A stretch of 24,805 bases of DNA, from contig PWRH01000095.1 of the NCBI GenBank assembly GCA_003556525.1, forward strand, positions 1 to 24,805. The letters are read 5' to 3'. Below, piece by piece: positions 23,493 through 24,805 of this stretch. Under the pieces are notes generated by a model. The model was not told where the DNA came from. It saw only the letters and a list, made by a program, of their open reading frames with translations, and did not search any database. The first letter of the stretch is position 1. Each line of letters opens with the position of its first letter. Source of the DNA: Candidatus Nealsonbacteria bacterium (GTDB taxonomy: Bacteria; Patescibacteriota; Minisyncoccia; Minisyncoccales; RBG-13-42-11). Made by a program: the position numbers and the translations under genes.

Positions 23493-24719
23493 TTATTTAC
23501 CTCCAATTAAGTTAAATTCTTCTTTAACTATTTCCCTGTCGTCCCAAGGAATTTTTTTATCATTAGCCAAACACATCCAGGGCTCCGAGCCTTTTCCGGT
23601 TATTAAAACTACGTCCCCGGGCTTTGCCAATTCAAGCGCTTTTCCAATCGCCTTTCGTCTGTCCAAAATCTCCCATAAATTGGAAATTGGAAATTTAGAG
23701 TTGGAAATTCCGGATTTTATCATTGATAAAATCCGGTAAGGGTCTTCGTCGTAAGGATCTTCGTTTGTAATTATTATTTTATCGCAATATTTTGCAGCAA
23801 TTTTTCCCATAACCGGTCGCTTCCAATTGTCTCTTCCTCCTCCACAAGAACCGAAAACAGCAATAATATTATTTATGGGAAATATTTTTTTAATTTCCAA
23901 GTAAAGCTTTTCCAAGCTGTCCGGAGTAACCGCATAATCAACAAAAACCTTAAAGGGCTTGGAAATAACTTCCTCCATTCTTCCGGAAATAATTGCTACT
24001 TCTTCAACCGATTTTTTAGCTTGATTCAAACTTATATTTTGAGAAAACCCCAACGAAATTGCAGCCAGTGCGTTATAAATATTAAAATCTCCGACCAGCT
24101 TCAATTTTAAATCAAGCTCTCTGTTATTTATTTTGCCTTGTTTTAAACCATAGTCGTATTTTTTTTGAGCCCTGAACTGTAGAAAATAATTTTTGTTCGG
24201 GTCGTCAAAATTAATAATATGGATTTTTTTCGTTGCCTTAAAAAGCTTGCCCTTGGCCTGCCTGTATTTTTCAAAAGAACCATGTGATTCAATATGCTCG
24301 GGAGTTAAGTTGGTCAATACGGCTGCTTCAAAACGAATAAAGCAATGCCTGTGTTGTTTTATACCCTCGGAAGTGACTTCCAAAACAACATACTGGCAGC
24401 CTTCTTTCAATGCTTGTTTTAAAAATTTCTGAATCTGAAATCTACCGGGCATGGTCATTTTAAACATATTTTTCCGCTCCCTATCTTTAACTTTAAGCTT
24501 TATCGAAGATAAAAAAGCCACGCTATAGCCCTGATCTCTTAAAACTTTTGCAATTAACTCAACTGTTGTTGATTTACCGTTTGTCCCGGTAACCCCAACC
24601 ACCTTTAATCTTTGGGAAGGGAAAAAATAAAAAACCGCTGCAATAAAAGCTAAAAAATAATGGTAATAACCGATTAGAAATCCAGGAATAATTTTTTTGG
24701 CAAATTTCTTAAAACTCAT
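23493..24719 (-). CDS. murE: Mur ligase, MurE-like (lacks the N-terminal domain)
   Basis: VTGTNGKSTT, LEVTSEG, TNLTPEH, FNIYNALAA, GRME, DYA.TPD, FGSCGGGRD.WKRP.MG, GKGSE. Confidence 0.88.
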   Translation of the reverse strand: MSFKKFAKKIIPGFLIGYYHYFLAFIAAVFYFFPSQRLKVVGVTGTNGKSTTVELIAKVLRDQGYSVAFLSSIKLKVKDRERKNMFKMTMPGRFQIQKFLKQALKEGCQYVVLEVTSEGIKQHRHCFIRFEAAVLTNLTPEHIESHGSFEKYRQAKGKLFKATKKIHIINFDDPNKNYFLQFRAQKKYDYGLKQGKINNRELDLKLKLVGDFNIYNALAAISLGFSQNISLNQAKKSVEEVAIISGRMEEVISKPFKVFVDYAVTPDSLEKLYLEIKKIFPINNIIAVFGSCGGGRDNWKRPVMGKIAAKYCDKIIITNEDPYDEDPYRILSMIKSGISNSKFPISNLWEILDRRKAIGKALELAKPGDVVLITGKGSEPWMCLANDKKIPWDDREIVKEEFNLIGGK

Positions 24720-24726
24720 TGTTTTA

Positions 24727-24755
24727 ATAATAACTCAAAGAAGCAAGCTTGCCAA
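24727..24755 (-). promoter_or_regulatory. Promoter for murE-rtcB, leaderless geometry
   Basis: TTGGCA-N17-TATTAT, 7 nt before ATG 24719. Confidence 0.6.
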
Positions 24756-24805
24756 TTTTTATTTTTTTTGTTATTCTTTATTTATTATTATGCCAATAAC
24801 CAAGA

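Noticed and set aside
139-24432. Many 60-165 aa ORFs antisense to or nested in real genes (e.g. 139-324, 1594-1881, 4178-4495, 16735-17100, 17869-18165, 20797-21294)
   Set aside because: They overlap well-supported genes, show no recognisable motifs, and are expected shadow frames.
24756-24805. 3' fragment of an upstream minus-strand gene
   Set aside because: Only about 10 codons are visible and the frame cannot be determined.
1-24805. CRISPR array, IS element, prophage, tRNA or rRNA genes
   Set aside because: No spaced direct repeats, transposase or integrase motifs, or tRNA cloverleaf other than the tmRNA tRNA-like domain; poly-A/T runs reflect Lys/Phe codon bias.

Overview
This is a gene-dense, AT-rich housekeeping region, most likely from a Patescibacteria/CPR bacterium of the Parcubacteria type. 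That assignment is an inference from the CPR-style VirD4-like gene, half-size MFS, short MurE, Elp3, RtcB and near absence of Shine-Dalgarno sites. TGA is used as a stop, so the code is standard 11. Gene order: (-) partial VirD4/TraG-like gene, hypothetical, Ca/Na antiporter, ileS, His-phosphatase, argS; (+) smpB, tmRNA, infC, rpmI, rplT; (-) Nudix, PolX-PHP, half-MFS, Gre-family factor with a long leader; (+) ispH, ispG; (-) mgtE, EndoQ-like PHP, EF-Tu-domain-II-like protein, an orphan promoter-terminator unit, Trm9-like methyltransferase; (+) Elp3; (-) pepA, a 57-aa basic ORF, rtcB, murE. No mobile element or CRISPR array was seen. The strongest leads are: (1) an Elp3 and Trm9/ALKBH8-like methyltransferase pair set head-to-head on one shared CATG, suggesting a eukaryote/archaea-like mcm5U34 route; (2) a candidate attenuator (uORF, antiterminator, terminator) ahead of an atypical Gre factor; (3) tmRNA overlapping the smpB stop codon, so that processing would leave a nonstop smpB mRNA; (4) a ~170-nt orphan transcript whose ends pair; (5) an isolated ispH-ispG cassette; (6) repeated leaderless promoter geometry. 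All structures were read by eye; no folding or database search was run.
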